Of a stretch of 64,000 nucleotides of DNA, positions 28,304 to 38,329 are shown piece after piece. Where the stretch lies: NCBI GenBank assembly GCA_040901985.1, contig JBBDYC010000008.1:112490-176489 (forward strand), in the 5' to 3' direction. The position numbers and the translations under genes were made by a program. Origin of the DNA: Gemmatimonadaceae bacterium. Lineage in GTDB: Bacteria; Gemmatimonadota; Gemmatimonadetes; Gemmatimonadales; Gemmatimonadaceae. The first letter of the stretch is position 1; each line of letters opens with the position of its first letter. Below the pieces are notes generated by a model. The model was not told the origin of the DNA. It made no database searches and saw only the letters and a program-made list of their open reading frames with translations.

Positions 28304-29095
28304 TCATCCCGGTTCCATCGTTCCCACCACGCTCTGGACAAAGTTCAACCGCGAGTAGTCACCCGCACTCGCAATTCCCGTCAGGTCCTCCCGTCCCAGG
28401 ACATCATCCCGAATCGCGCGCTCGCTCCACCCCCGCCGCGCGCGGTCCTCGATCGCCGCGATCGTCTCCTCGATCCAGTCTGCCTTGGCGCAGAGGTCGG
28501 CAATGGGGTCCGCGAGGATGCCGCGATGCCCATCGAACACCCGCCGCGGCTTGAGCGCAATCACGTCGCGCAGCGCCCCGACCTGGGCCCGCAAGTCCTC
28601 GCCTCGATGGGCGATCCGCACCTTCACGCCGATGAACAGGTCGCCGCCGAAAAGCGTTTCGCGCTCGGCGTCCCACACCACGTGATGATCGCTCGAATGG
28701 CCGCGCGCCGGCCTGAGCTCCAGCGCCGGATGCGCGAACGGCGTGATTGGCGCGCGCAGCGGTTCCGGCACGCCCCAGCAGATCCGCCGGTATAGGCCAA
28801 TCGGCCCAGGCACGCGCGCGATGGTAATGGAGTCCGGCGCAACCCCGATTGGCACGCCCCGCCTCGCCAGGCGCTCGATGTTGCCGGCGTGATCCTCGTG
28901 CGCGTGCGTCACGAGACATCCCTCCACCGGGTTGGCGTCGAGCCACGCCGAGACCTCGCGCCCGACATCCGGGAACCCCGTATCAATGAGCACGCCGCGC
29001 GTGACGTAGGCGCTGACGCCATACCGCATCAGCCGGCTGGCGACGGACGAGAGCTCGAGCTGGACGACGTCGCCGTGGGAGATTGCGCGGAGCAT
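28304..29095 (-). CDS. MBL-fold metallo-hydrolase
   Basis: THAHEDHAG, GHSSDH, GGDLF. Confidence 0.88.
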   Translation of the reverse strand: MLRAISHGDVVQLELSSVASRLMRYGVSAYVTRGVLIDTGFPDVGREVSAWLDANPVEGCLVTHAHEDHAGNIERLARRGVPIGVAPDSITIARVPGPIGLYRRICWGVPEPLRAPITPFAHPALELRPARGHSSDHHVVWDAERETLFGGDLFIGVKVRIAHRGEDLRAQVGALRDVIALKPRRVFDGHRGILADPIADLCAKADWIEETIAAIEDRARRGWSERAIRDDVLGREDLTGIASAGDYSRLNFVQSVVGTMEPG

Positions 29096-29124
29096 CCGTG
29101 AACGCTACACGGAATGCCGTTGGA

Positions 29125-29153
29125 TTGCCGCCCGGCCCTCCGGGCGTTATACT
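29125..29153 (+). promoter_or_regulatory. Sigma70-type promoter of greA
   Basis: TTGCCG-N17-TATACT. Confidence 0.65.
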
Positions 29154-29179
29154 CCCTCCTCCGACAAGCACGCTGTCCG

Positions 29180-29207
29180 ACGCCCGGCCTCGCAGGTCGG
29201 GCGTTTT
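29180..29207 (+). terminator. Intrinsic terminator in the greA leader
   Basis: acgcccggcct-cgc-aggtcgggcgt followed by ttt. Confidence 0.6.
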
Positions 29208-29243
29208 ATGCTACTCCCCCGCCACGTCCCCGAGGGCCGCTCC

Positions 29244-29714
29244 GTGATCGAGGCGCTCAAGCAGAAGCTGACCGACGAGGCGGAGAAGCTCCGCGTCGAG
29301 CTCAACATCACGCTGCCGCAGGAGATCCGAAAGGCGGTCGAGCTGGGCGACCTGCGCGAGAACTCGGAGTACAAGGCCGCGCTCGAGCGCCAGCAGTTCG
29401 TCCAGGCGCGCCTCGGTCAGCTCACGCAGCGGCTCTCGAAACTCTCGAGCATCGACGAGACGCAGATCTCCGCCGACGCGGTCGGCCTTGGCTCGACGGT
29501 GGTCGTCGTGGACCAGGAGAGCAAGGAGCGGGAGACCTACAGGATGATCTTCGGCGACGCCGAGGATTTCGAGGACGGGCAGGTGACGATGTCGTCACCG
29601 ATCGGACGCGCGCTGCTCGGCAAGAAGGTCGGCGAACTGGTGCTGTTGAGACTGCCGGAGCGCACGCGCAAGATGAAGGTCGTGGACCTAACGACGATCC
29701 ACGACGGCCTCTGA
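29244..29714 (+). CDS. greA: Transcription elongation factor GreA
   Basis: GDLRENSEYKAA, SPIGRALLGKKVG; GTG start at 29244. Confidence 0.92.
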   Translation: MIEALKQKLTDEAEKLRVELNITLPQEIRKAVELGDLRENSEYKAALERQQFVQARLGQLTQRLSKLSSIDETQISADAVGLGSTVVVVDQESKERETYRMIFGDAEDFEDGQVTMSSPIGRALLGKKVGELVLLRLPERTRKMKVVDLTTIHDGL

Positions 29715-30287
29715 GCCGGCGGCGTCGGGGCCGGGTTCCGCGATTGCCGAGTCGAGGGCGGCGAGCAGCGCGGCATCGTCGGCCTTCACCGCGCCGAGGT
29801 GCTTCCAGCGGAGGACGCCGCCGCGGTCAATGAGAAAGGTGCTCGGCACGCCGATGGCGAGGAACGTTGTCGAGACGCGGTCGTTCGCGTCGAGCCAGAG
29901 CGGATAGGTCGCGCCGAGGTCGCGCGCAAAGCCGGCGATGTTCGCGGTGTCGCCGTGCGCATCAATGCTCACGCCGGCCACCACCAGCCCGCGCGCGGCG
30001 TACGCCTGGTGCAGCGCCTCAAGTGCGGGGATCTCCTCGCGACAGGGTTTGCACCAGGTGGCCCAGATGTTGAGGAGCACGACCTGGCCGCGCAGGTCGG
30101 CGAGCGCGATTGGCGCGCCGTCGAGCCTGGTCGCCGCGTATGCGGGCGCCGGCTGTCCCACGGTGACGGCCCCGCGCGGCCCACGCGTGCCGGCCGGGTC
30201 GCACGCGACGGATGTGCCAAGCGTCGCGACCGCGGTGATCGCGATCCACCTCAAAGCGCCGGCGCGCGCCGCGGCGAACCGCCTCAC
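29688..30287 (-). CDS. TlpA-family thiol-disulfide reductase
   Basis: NIWATWCKPCREEIP, GVPSTFLID; GTG overlaps the upstream stop. Confidence 0.88.
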   Translation of the reverse strand: MRRFAAARAGALRWIAITAVATLGTSVACDPAGTRGPRGAVTVGQPAPAYAATRLDGAPIALADLRGQVVLLNIWATWCKPCREEIPALEALHQAYAARGLVVAGVSIDAHGDTANIAGFARDLGATYPLWLDANDRVSTTFLAIGVPSTFLIDRGGVLRWKHLGAVKADDAALLAALDSAIAEPGPDAAGSEAVVDRR

Positions 30288-31540
30288 GGTGCAACGGTGC
30301 GCAGCGTCGCCGCCTGGACGGCGCTCGGCGCGCCCGGCGCGCCCGGCAAGGTCCACGCCAGCAGTACGCCATCGCCGAGACGCGTCATCCGCGGGAATCC
30401 GCTCGACCGCGTGCCGCTGGAGTTGCTGATGACGATTGGATCCTCCATCGTCCCGTCGCGCATCACGCGGCGCACCTTCACGTAGGCGGTGTCGGCGCCG
30501 CCGCGTTCAAGCCAGCTGACCAGCACGGCTTCGTCGAGCCACTGCAGGCCAACGCGGCCGGCGGGCGTGCCTTCGTCAATGCGGATCGGGGCGCCGAAGG
30601 TCGTGCCGGCGTCGGTGGAGAAGGCGAGCAACACCTTGGCGGTGTCGCGAGCGCCGGTGAACCACGCCACGGCCAGGCGCTCGCCGTCGGCGACGATCGC
30701 CGGCCCGTTCACCGGACAGGCGTTGATCACCCAGTGGTCGTCGTGGACGGCGTGCGGCGCCGTCCATTCCCCGTTGACCTGCCGCAGGATGGAGATGTCG
30801 CGCACCTCCGTGTCGCTCCGGTCGCGGTACACGACGACCGGGCCGCGCGCGGTCATCGCGGCGGCGGTCTGGCAGCAGTCGCAGACGCGGGTGTCGAGAA
30901 TCCGCTTGGTGGAATCGGCAATGGCGGCGCCCCACGCATTCACCGACAGATGCATCGGTCCGGGGCCGTGGTCGTGACCGGCGGGCGCCGGCGTGTCGCC
31001 CACACCGGCGCTGCCGTCGAGAAAGAAGATGGACGCGCCGCCATCGCGGTCGGGAAGGATCGAGACAAACCCGTGCTCGGCCGGGATCCCGCCGCGATGT
31101 GGTTGCACCGACGTCTTCCAGGTGGCACCGCCGTCGCGCGACTCCGCGAGGCGCACGTCATAGGCGTAGCGTCCGGAGCCGCTGCGCTGGAGCCAGTGCG
31201 CGAGGAAGCGTCCGTCGGAGAGCGCGACGACCGACGGGAAGTCGGCCCAGTTCACGAAGAGATCGCGCCGTCGCACCACGTCGCTTGGCGCCGACCACGC
31301 GCCGTCGGCGCCGCGGACCGCGAGTCGCAACGCGTGGGCGCCGTCGGCGGTCGGCTCGAGCCAGCTCATCAGCACACGGCCATCGGCGGTGGTGAAGAGG
31401 TTCGGTTCGGCGGCGCCGGTCGCAGTGGGCGAGGGCTCGACGGCGAGTGTCAGCGGCGGGGCCGAAGCGCGCTCGACCGGGCCGCAGGCGGCGACGCCGA
31501 CGAGCGTGCCGAACGCGACGGTAATGACGGAACGACGCAC
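30284..31540 (-). CDS. BNR/sialidase-like lipoprotein with CDCC motif
   Basis: Lipobox VAAC; SRDGGATW and STDAGTTF Asp-boxes; VCDCCQT, ACPVNGP. Confidence 0.75.
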   Translation of the reverse strand: MRRSVITVAFGTLVGVAACGPVERASAPPLTLAVEPSPTATGAAEPNLFTTADGRVLMSWLEPTADGAHALRLAVRGADGAWSAPSDVVRRRDLFVNWADFPSVVALSDGRFLAHWLQRSGSGRYAYDVRLAESRDGGATWKTSVQPHRGGIPAEHGFVSILPDRDGGASIFFLDGSAGVGDTPAPAGHDHGPGPMHLSVNAWGAAIADSTKRILDTRVCDCCQTAAAMTARGPVVVYRDRSDTEVRDISILRQVNGEWTAPHAVHDDHWVINACPVNGPAIVADGERLAVAWFTGARDTAKVLLAFSTDAGTTFGAPIRIDEGTPAGRVGLQWLDEAVLVSWLERGGADTAYVKVRRVMRDGTMEDPIVISNSSGTRSSGFPRMTRLGDGVLLAWTLPGAPGAPSAVQAATLRTVAP

Positions 31541-31553
31541 GGGACTCCCGGGG

Positions 31554-33086
31554 TCAAGGATCTACACTGAATATACGCGCGACCGTGCGCTCATACTCGG
31601 CGACGGCCGCTCGTTCGCCGGCCTCGGTCCAGCCGAGCCGCTTGGCCATCAGCCCCGCCACGCGCGGCGCGAGGCCGCGTCCCTGGTCGCGCAGCTCGAA
31701 TGCCATCGTGGTCCGATGGATCATCACGTCAGCGAGCGTCTCGGCGAACTCGGCCTCGACGGCGTGCTGCACGTCTCGCTCGCGCCAGGCGAGGCCCGGT
31801 ACGAGCGTCAGGTCGGAACTCTCGGCGGGCGGCCGCTCGCCGGGCAGGGGTGCAGTTGTGGTGTCGCAGGGCTTCGACTTGACGCCGATTGCCCGTACCG
31901 CCGCGTCCACGATCTGCTCGGCCATTGCGCGGAAGGTCGTGAGCTTGCCGCCGGTGACCGTGAGCACGCCGCGCGCCGAGAGACGGATCGAATGCTCGCG
32001 CGATGCCGACGAGGGGTCGCCGGTGGCCGACTTCGGGGTGGCCACGAGCGGCCGGATCCCCGCCCACGACGCGACGACGTCGGCGGCGGTGAGGTGCGAC
32101 TCGGGGAAGAAGCGGTTGCAGGCGTTGAGCAGGTACGTTACGTCGGCGCGCGAGGCGCGGACCTCGTGCGGGTGCTCGTCGGTGCGCGTGTCGGTAGTGC
32201 CGATGATCGTGTGCCCGCCGCTCGCCGGGAGGGTGAACAGCACGCGCCCGTCGTCCGGCGAGAGCATCGTCACCGCGCCGAGGTTGCCGACCCGCGCCGC
32301 GGGGACGGCAATGTGCACGCCCTTGGTGCCGCGCACGGCGGGTCCGGCGTTGGGATCCTCCAGGCGCGCGATCTCATCGGTCCACGGTCCGGTGGCGTTC
32401 ACCACGAGCCGCGCCTGCACGGGCACCTCCTGGCCGCCGAGCGCATCGTGCACGATTGCGCCGGTCGCGTTGCCGTGCGGCGAGGCGAAGGTGAGCGCAG
32501 TGACCGGCGCGTGGTTGACCACCACCGCGCCGTGCGCCGCCGCGTCAAGGACGTTGGCCAGGGGCAGTCGGGCGTCGTCGCAGCCGGCGTCCCAGTATGC
32601 GGCGCCGCCGCGGAGATCCTCCTTGGCAAGCCAGGGCTCGGCGGCGAGCACGCCTGCGGCGTCGAGCCGGCGATGGCGCCCGACGTTCCGGAACATCGCG
32701 AGCGCGTCGTAGAGCGTAAGGGCGGCGGCGAGCTTCCAGCGGGAGACGCGGGCGCCACGATAGACCGGCCAGGTGAACCGGAGCGGGCGCACGAGGTGCG
32801 GCGCGAGCTTGAGCAGGCGCCGACGCTCGCGGCTCGCCTCGAAGACCAGATGCAGGTACCCGTGCTCGAGGTAGCGCACGCCGCCGTGAATCAGCCGGGA
32901 CGACCGGCTCGACGTCCCGCTCGCAAAGTCGCCGGCGTCCACGAGGGCAACGCTGAGGCCGCGCCGCACGGCGTCGCGCGCCACGCCGGCGCCGGTGATC
33001 CCGCCGCCGATCACGAGCAGGTCGAATCGGCGGTCGGCAAGCCCAAGGAGGCGCTGGACCCGACGCGGGGGGAGGGGGTTCGGCAC
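31554..33086 (-). CDS. glpD: Glycerol-3-phosphate dehydrogenase (FAD)
   Basis: GGGITG, GTSSRSSRLIHGGVRYL, DDARL, GGKLTT. Confidence 0.92.
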   Translation of the reverse strand: MPNPLPPRRVQRLLGLADRRFDLLVIGGGITGAGVARDAVRRGLSVALVDAGDFASGTSSRSSRLIHGGVRYLEHGYLHLVFEASRERRRLLKLAPHLVRPLRFTWPVYRGARVSRWKLAAALTLYDALAMFRNVGRHRRLDAAGVLAAEPWLAKEDLRGGAAYWDAGCDDARLPLANVLDAAAHGAVVVNHAPVTALTFASPHGNATGAIVHDALGGQEVPVQARLVVNATGPWTDEIARLEDPNAGPAVRGTKGVHIAVPAARVGNLGAVTMLSPDDGRVLFTLPASGGHTIIGTTDTRTDEHPHEVRASRADVTYLLNACNRFFPESHLTAADVVASWAGIRPLVATPKSATGDPSSASREHSIRLSARGVLTVTGGKLTTFRAMAEQIVDAAVRAIGVKSKPCDTTTAPLPGERPPAESSDLTLVPGLAWRERDVQHAVEAEFAETLADVMIHRTTMAFELRDQGRGLAPRVAGLMAKRLGWTEAGERAAVAEYERTVARIFSVDP

Positions 33087-33167
33087 GGGGGGAGATTATC
33101 GCCCGGTGCGCCCGGGCGACAGCCGTACGCGACTGCGCGAGTGCGGCGCCCTCCCTACCTTTATAGG

Positions 33168-34463
33168 ATGCCCATCTACGAGCCGGGGCGGCGCGTCGCG
33201 ATCATTGACGGCGTGCGCACCCCCTTCGCCAAGGCCGGCACCACCCTCCGGGCGCTCAGCGCGATCGAGCTCGGCAAGATCGCAGTGAGCGAGCTGGTGC
33301 ACCGGACCGATCTCGACCCCGCGACGGTGGACCTGCTGATCTTCGGCACCGTCATCCCCTCGGTGCTCGCGCCGAACATCGCGCGGGAGATCGCGCTGAT
33401 GCCGCTCCTCCCCAAGAAGGTGGACGCCTACAGCGTATCGCGCGCCTGCGCGTCGGCCAACCAGGCGATCACCGACGCGGCGGACCAGATTGCGCTCGGG
33501 CACGCCGAGGTGGCGATTGCCGGCGGCGCCGAGTCGCTGTCGAACGTGCCGATTCTCCATTCGCGCGGATTTTCCGATGCGCTCGTCGCGGCGTCAAAGG
33601 CCAAGTCGCTCTCGCAGCGCGTGCAGGCCTTTGCGAAGATCCGCGCCAAGGACTTCATCCCGATCACGCCGGCGATTGCCGAGCCGACCACTGGCGAGAC
33701 GATGGGGCAGTCGGCGGAGAAGATGGCCAAGCTCAACGCGATCTCGCGCGCCGCGCAGGACGCGCTGGCGCTGGCATCGCACCGCAACGCCGCCGCCGGT
33801 ACGGCCGACGGGCGCCTGACCGCGGAGATCGTGCCGGTCCCGGTTCCGCCCAAGTATGAGTCGGCGATGACGAGCGACAACGGGATCCGCGCCGATGCCA
33901 CGGCGGAGGCGCTCGCCGCCCTCAAGCCGGTGTTTGACAAGCGGTACGGGACGGTGACGGCGGGGAACGCCTCGCCGCTCACCGACGGCGGCGCGGCGGT
34001 GTTGCTGATGCGCGAGGACGTGGCGCGCGCGCGCGGCTACACGCCCAAGGCGTACATCCGCTCGTACGCGTACGCGGCGATCGATCCGGGGGAGCAGCTG
34101 CTGCAGGCGCCGGTGCTTGCCGCGCCGGTGGCGCTCAAGCGGGCCGGCATCACGCTCACCGACGTGGCGCTTGTCGAGATGCACGAGGCGTTCGCCGCGC
34201 AGGTGCTCTCGAACCTTGCCGGCCTCGAGTCGGCGTACTGGGCCGAGCGCGCCGGGTTCAGCGCGCCGGTGGGGGCGGTGGACCGGGACCGGCTGAACGT
34301 GATGGGCGGCTCGGTGGCGATCGGCCACCCGTTCGGCGCGACGGGCGCCCGCATCACGACGACGCTCGTGAACGAGCTCGCGCGACGCGACGGACAGTTC
34401 GGCCTGATGACCGTCTGCGCGGCCGGTGGGCTCGGCTTCGCGATGGTCGTGGAGCGCGCGTGA
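33168..34463 (+). CDS. fadI: Acetyl-CoA C-acyltransferase FadI
   Basis: SRACASA, HEAFAAQ, GHPFGATG, CAAGGLG; ATG 33168. Confidence 0.92.
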   Translation: MPIYEPGRRVAIIDGVRTPFAKAGTTLRALSAIELGKIAVSELVHRTDLDPATVDLLIFGTVIPSVLAPNIAREIALMPLLPKKVDAYSVSRACASANQAITDAADQIALGHAEVAIAGGAESLSNVPILHSRGFSDALVAASKAKSLSQRVQAFAKIRAKDFIPITPAIAEPTTGETMGQSAEKMAKLNAISRAAQDALALASHRNAAAGTADGRLTAEIVPVPVPPKYESAMTSDNGIRADATAEALAALKPVFDKRYGTVTAGNASPLTDGGAAVLLMREDVARARGYTPKAYIRSYAYAAIDPGEQLLQAPVLAAPVALKRAGITLTDVALVEMHEAFAAQVLSNLAGLESAYWAERAGFSAPVGAVDRDRLNVMGGSVAIGHPFGATGARITTTLVNELARRDGQFGLMTVCAAGGLGFAMVVERA

Positions 34464-36625
34464 GCCAGGCCCTCGCAGTGAAGGTGGAGCGCAGCGTCGC
34501 GGTGATCACCTTCGACCTGCGCGGCGAGCCGGTCAACAAGTTCACGCCGGCGGTGATCGAGGAGTTCACGACGGTGCTGGCGCAGCTCGAGAAGGATCCC
34601 GACGTCGAGGCGGCCGTGCTGATCAGCGGCAAGTTGGGGACGTTCATCGCCGGCGCCGACATTGACCAGTTCCTCGAGTTCCGGACCGCCGCCGACGCCC
34701 AGCGGGCGAGCGCGTTCGGCCACGCGATGATGCAGCGGATCGAGAGCGGACGGGTGCCGATCGTCGTGGCCATTGACGGCGCGTGCCTCGGCGGCGGACT
34801 CGAGCTCGCACTCGCCTGCGCGTATCGCATTGCCGCCGACTCACCGAAGACGGTGCTGGCGCTCCCCGAGGTGCAACTCGGCTTGATTCCCGGCGCCGGC
34901 GGCACGCAGCGCCTGCCGCGCTGCGTCGGTCTGCAGGCGGCGCTCGATATGATCCTCACCGGAAAGAACGTCCGCGCCCGGAAGGCGCTGCAGACGGGCC
35001 TGGTGGACGAGCTCGTGCATCCGAGCATCCTGCGCCAGGTCGCCGTGCAGCGCGCGCAGGAGCTCGCCGGCGGGGCAATCGAGCGCGTACGCGACGATCG
35101 GCGGCGCGGCGCCAAGGAGCTCTTGCTCGACGCCAACCCGATTGGCCGCGCGCTGGTGTTCCGCCAGGCGCGCGAGATGACGCAGCGGAAGTCCAAGGGC
35201 CACTACCCGGCGCTCTTTGCGGCGCTCGAGGCCGTCGCCGCGGGATTCCACGGCGACCCGGCGGACGGCTTTGCCACTGAGGCGCGGCTCTTTGGCGAGA
35301 TGGCAATGACGTCGGTCTGCCGCGAGCTGATGTTCCTCTTCTATGCGACCACGGCCCTGAAGAAGGACAGCGGGGTGGTTGGCGCGGCCGCCGCGGCCCC
35401 CGCCGCGCTCCCGGTGCCGCGCATCGCCGTGCTCGGCGCCGGGTTCATGGGCGCCGGGATCGCCGCCATCAGCGCAATGCAGCAGGTCCCGGTGCGCTTG
35501 AAGGACACCGCGCCTGAGCGGGTGGCCAAGGGCATTGCCGCGGTGCGCGAGGTGCTGAAGGACCGGTTGACCAAGCGGCAGGTCACGCGCCAGCAATTCG
35601 ACGACCAGGTCTCGCTGATTGCCGGAACGGCGGACTACCGCGGATTCGGACGCGTGCCACTGGTAATCGAGGCGGTGTTCGAAGACCTCGCGGTGAAGCA
35701 CGCCGTGCTGCGGGAGGCCGAGGCGGTCCTCGCCGAGGACGCGATCTTCGCGACGAACACGAGCACGATTCCAATCGCAAAGATCGCCGCGGCGAGCAAG
35801 CGACCGGAGCGCGTCATCGGGATGCACTTCTTCTCGCCGGTGCACAAGATGCCCCTGCTCGAGGTGATCGTCACCCCGCGCACGGCGCCGGAGGTGGTCA
35901 CCACGGTCGTCGAGTTCGGCCGGAAGATCGGCAAGACGGTGATCGTCGTGAGCGATGCGCCGGGGTTCTACGTGAACCGGATTCTCGCACCATACGTGAA
36001 CGAGGCGGGACGGCTGCTCGACGAGGGCGCGGCGGTGGACGCGATTGACAGGGCGATGGGCGAGTTCGGGTTTCCGGTCGGGCCAATCAACCTCATTGAC
36101 GAAGTGGGCCTCGACATCGCCGGCAAGTCCGGGGCAATCATGGCCGAGGCGTTCGGCGACCGGATGCAGCCGAGCGTGGCGCTGCAGAAGGTCGTCGGCG
36201 CCGGCCGGCTCGGACGGAAAGGCAAGCAGGGCTTTTACGCGTACGACGACAAGGGCAAGCGCGAAGGCGTGGACGAGAGCGTCTATCGGCTCTATCCGGG
36301 TGGCGCCAAGCGGAGGGAGGTGCCGCGCGAGGAGATCCAGCGCCGCCTCTCCCTCGCGATGGTGAACGAGGCCGCGCGCTGTCTCGAGGAGGGAATCGTC
36401 CACTCGGCGCGCGACGGCGACGTGGGCGCGGTGTTCGGGATAGGATTTCCGCCGTTCCGCGGCGGACCGTTCCGCCATATGGATGCGGTGGGCATCCCGG
36501 AGATCGTGCGGCAGCTGGAGGCGCTCGACGCGACGTCCCCCGGACAGTTCCGGCCGGCGGCACTGCTGGCGAAGATGGCGCGCGAGAACACGCGGTTCTA
36601 TCCGAGCGAGGGAAAGCCAGTATGA
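34460..36625 (+). CDS. fadJ: Fatty acid oxidation complex alpha subunit FadJ
   Basis: FIAGADI, LPEVQLGLIPG, GAGFMG, HFFSPV, GFPPFRGGP. Confidence 0.93.
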   Translation: MSQALAVKVERSVAVITFDLRGEPVNKFTPAVIEEFTTVLAQLEKDPDVEAAVLISGKLGTFIAGADIDQFLEFRTAADAQRASAFGHAMMQRIESGRVPIVVAIDGACLGGGLELALACAYRIAADSPKTVLALPEVQLGLIPGAGGTQRLPRCVGLQAALDMILTGKNVRARKALQTGLVDELVHPSILRQVAVQRAQELAGGAIERVRDDRRRGAKELLLDANPIGRALVFRQAREMTQRKSKGHYPALFAALEAVAAGFHGDPADGFATEARLFGEMAMTSVCRELMFLFYATTALKKDSGVVGAAAAAPAALPVPRIAVLGAGFMGAGIAAISAMQQVPVRLKDTAPERVAKGIAAVREVLKDRLTKRQVTRQQFDDQVSLIAGTADYRGFGRVPLVIEAVFEDLAVKHAVLREAEAVLAEDAIFATNTSTIPIAKIAAASKRPERVIGMHFFSPVHKMPLLEVIVTPRTAPEVVTTVVEFGRKIGKTVIVVSDAPGFYVNRILAPYVNEAGRLLDEGAAVDAIDRAMGEFGFPVGPINLIDEVGLDIAGKSGAIMAEAFGDRMQPSVALQKVVGAGRLGRKGKQGFYAYDDKGKREGVDESVYRLYPGGAKRREVPREEIQRRLSLAMVNEAARCLEEGIVHSARDGDVGAVFGIGFPPFRGGPFRHMDAVGIPEIVRQLEALDATSPGQFRPAALLAKMARENTRFYPSEGKPV

Positions 36626-38295
36626 TCGGCAGGAGAGAGAGGGGAGGTGAAACAGGGTGGCCCGTGCGGGCCGCCCTGTGCGTAGGCCTGCTCTCCGTCA
36701 TCGCGCTGACGCCGCTCCTTGCGCAGCAGACGCGGGCCGAGCGGTCGAACTATACGGAGACCTCCACGCATGCCGACGTCGTGGCATTCCTCGACTCGCT
36801 CGACCGGGCGGCGCCGGGCCGGATGGTGCGCGGCGAGGTCGGGCATTCGGTCGGGGGCCGGGCGATCCAATTCGTCGTCGTGTCACGGCCGCTGGTGCGC
36901 ACGCCCGCCGCGGCGCGCGGCTCGGGGAAGCCGATTGTCTACGTGCAGGGCAGCATCCACGGCGGCGAGGTGGAGGGAAAGGAGTCGTTGCAAGCGATCC
37001 TGCGCGACCTCGTCTTGTCGCCACGGCCGAACGTCCTCGACTCGATTGTCCTGATTGCGGTGCCGGTCTACAATGGCGACGGCAACGACGCCCTCGGGCC
37101 GCAGGAGCGCCAACGCGGGTCGCAGAACGGGCCGGCGATGGTCGGCACGCGTCCGAACGGCGCGGGGCTTGACCTCAATCGCGACTACATCAAGGTCGAG
37201 TCGCCCGAGGCGCGTGGGTCACTGGCGTTCTTTTCGGCGTGGGACCCCGACGCCTTCGTGGACCTCCACACGACGGACGGATCGTACCACGGCTATGCGC
37301 TGACCTACTCACCGTCGCTGCATCCGGCGGCGATGGACGGCGCGCTCGCGCCTGCCGGCCCCTGGACGCGCGACACGCTGCTGCCAGAGATCCGCCGCCG
37401 GGTCCGCGAGCGGCGCGGCTACGAGACATTCGACTACGGCAACTTCGTCGGCGCCTTCAACGGCCGCGATGACCCAACGAGCCTCGAGAAGGGCGGCTGG
37501 GAGACCTACGAGCACAAGCCGCGCTTCGGCACCAATTACTACGGCCTGCGCAACCGGGTCAGTGTGCTGAGCGAGGCGTACTCACACGATCCGTTCGAGC
37601 GGCGCGTGGAGGCAACGACCGCCTTCGTGCTCGAGCTGCTTTCGTACCTCGCCGAGCAACACGCGACCGTGCTCGCGCGGACGCGCACGCCGGTCGCGGC
37701 GCTCGTCGCCGCGCGCCGTCCCAAGGTGGCGCTCCGCGCGACGATGACCCGCGCCCCGTTCCAGGCGCCAATCCTCGTCGAGCAGTTGCAGCCCACGGGC
37801 GACTCAATGCGCCACGAGGCCGGCCTGCGGTCCGGCTTCCGCCGCGCCCATCGCGCGACCGCGGTGACGATGCCGGTCTGGGATCGCTTCGATGCGACGC
37901 TCAGCCGTGCGCTGCCCGAGGCGTGGATTTTCGACCCGGCGCAATCGGCGGTGGTCGAGCGGCTCGAGGCGCACGGAATCGCCGTGACGAGGCTGCGCGC
38001 CGCGACGACAGTGGCCGGCGAGCGGTTCGCCGTGGATTCGATCGTCCGGGCGCCGCGCCCGTTCCAGGGTCACCAGGAGGTACGCGTCGAGGGCATCTGG
38101 AGCGCCGCCACGCTCGAGCTGCCCGCCGGCACGATCGTCGTCAGCGCCCGGCAGGCAAGCGCCGTGCTCGCCGCGATCCTGCTCGAACCGGAGAGCGACG
38201 ATGGGTTCACCACCTGGAATGTGTTCGACGATGCGCTCGCCGTGGGCGCCGCACACCCGGTGCGACGCGCGTTGCAACCGGTGGCGCCGCGGTGA
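36622..38295 (+). CDS. Secreted M14 family zinc carboxypeptidase
   Basis: IHGGEVEG, DLNRD, DLHTT. Confidence 0.85.
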   Translation: MIGRRERGGETGWPVRAALCVGLLSVIALTPLLAQQTRAERSNYTETSTHADVVAFLDSLDRAAPGRMVRGEVGHSVGGRAIQFVVVSRPLVRTPAAARGSGKPIVYVQGSIHGGEVEGKESLQAILRDLVLSPRPNVLDSIVLIAVPVYNGDGNDALGPQERQRGSQNGPAMVGTRPNGAGLDLNRDYIKVESPEARGSLAFFSAWDPDAFVDLHTTDGSYHGYALTYSPSLHPAAMDGALAPAGPWTRDTLLPEIRRRVRERRGYETFDYGNFVGAFNGRDDPTSLEKGGWETYEHKPRFGTNYYGLRNRVSVLSEAYSHDPFERRVEATTAFVLELLSYLAEQHATVLARTRTPVAALVAARRPKVALRATMTRAPFQAPILVEQLQPTGDSMRHEAGLRSGFRRAHRATAVTMPVWDRFDATLSRALPEAWIFDPAQSAVVERLEAHGIAVTRLRAATTVAGERFAVDSIVRAPRPFQGHQEVRVEGIWSAATLELPAGTIVVSARQASAVLAAILLEPESDDGFTTWNVFDDALAVGAAHPVRRALQPVAPR

Positions 38296-38329
38296 TGTCC
38301 AGTCCCCTCGATCCCTTCCGGCACCCCTG

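Noticed and set aside
31389..34463. 1024-aa ORF suggesting a large thiolase fusion
   Set aside because: The N-terminal part is the antisense shadow of glpD; fadI starts at 33168
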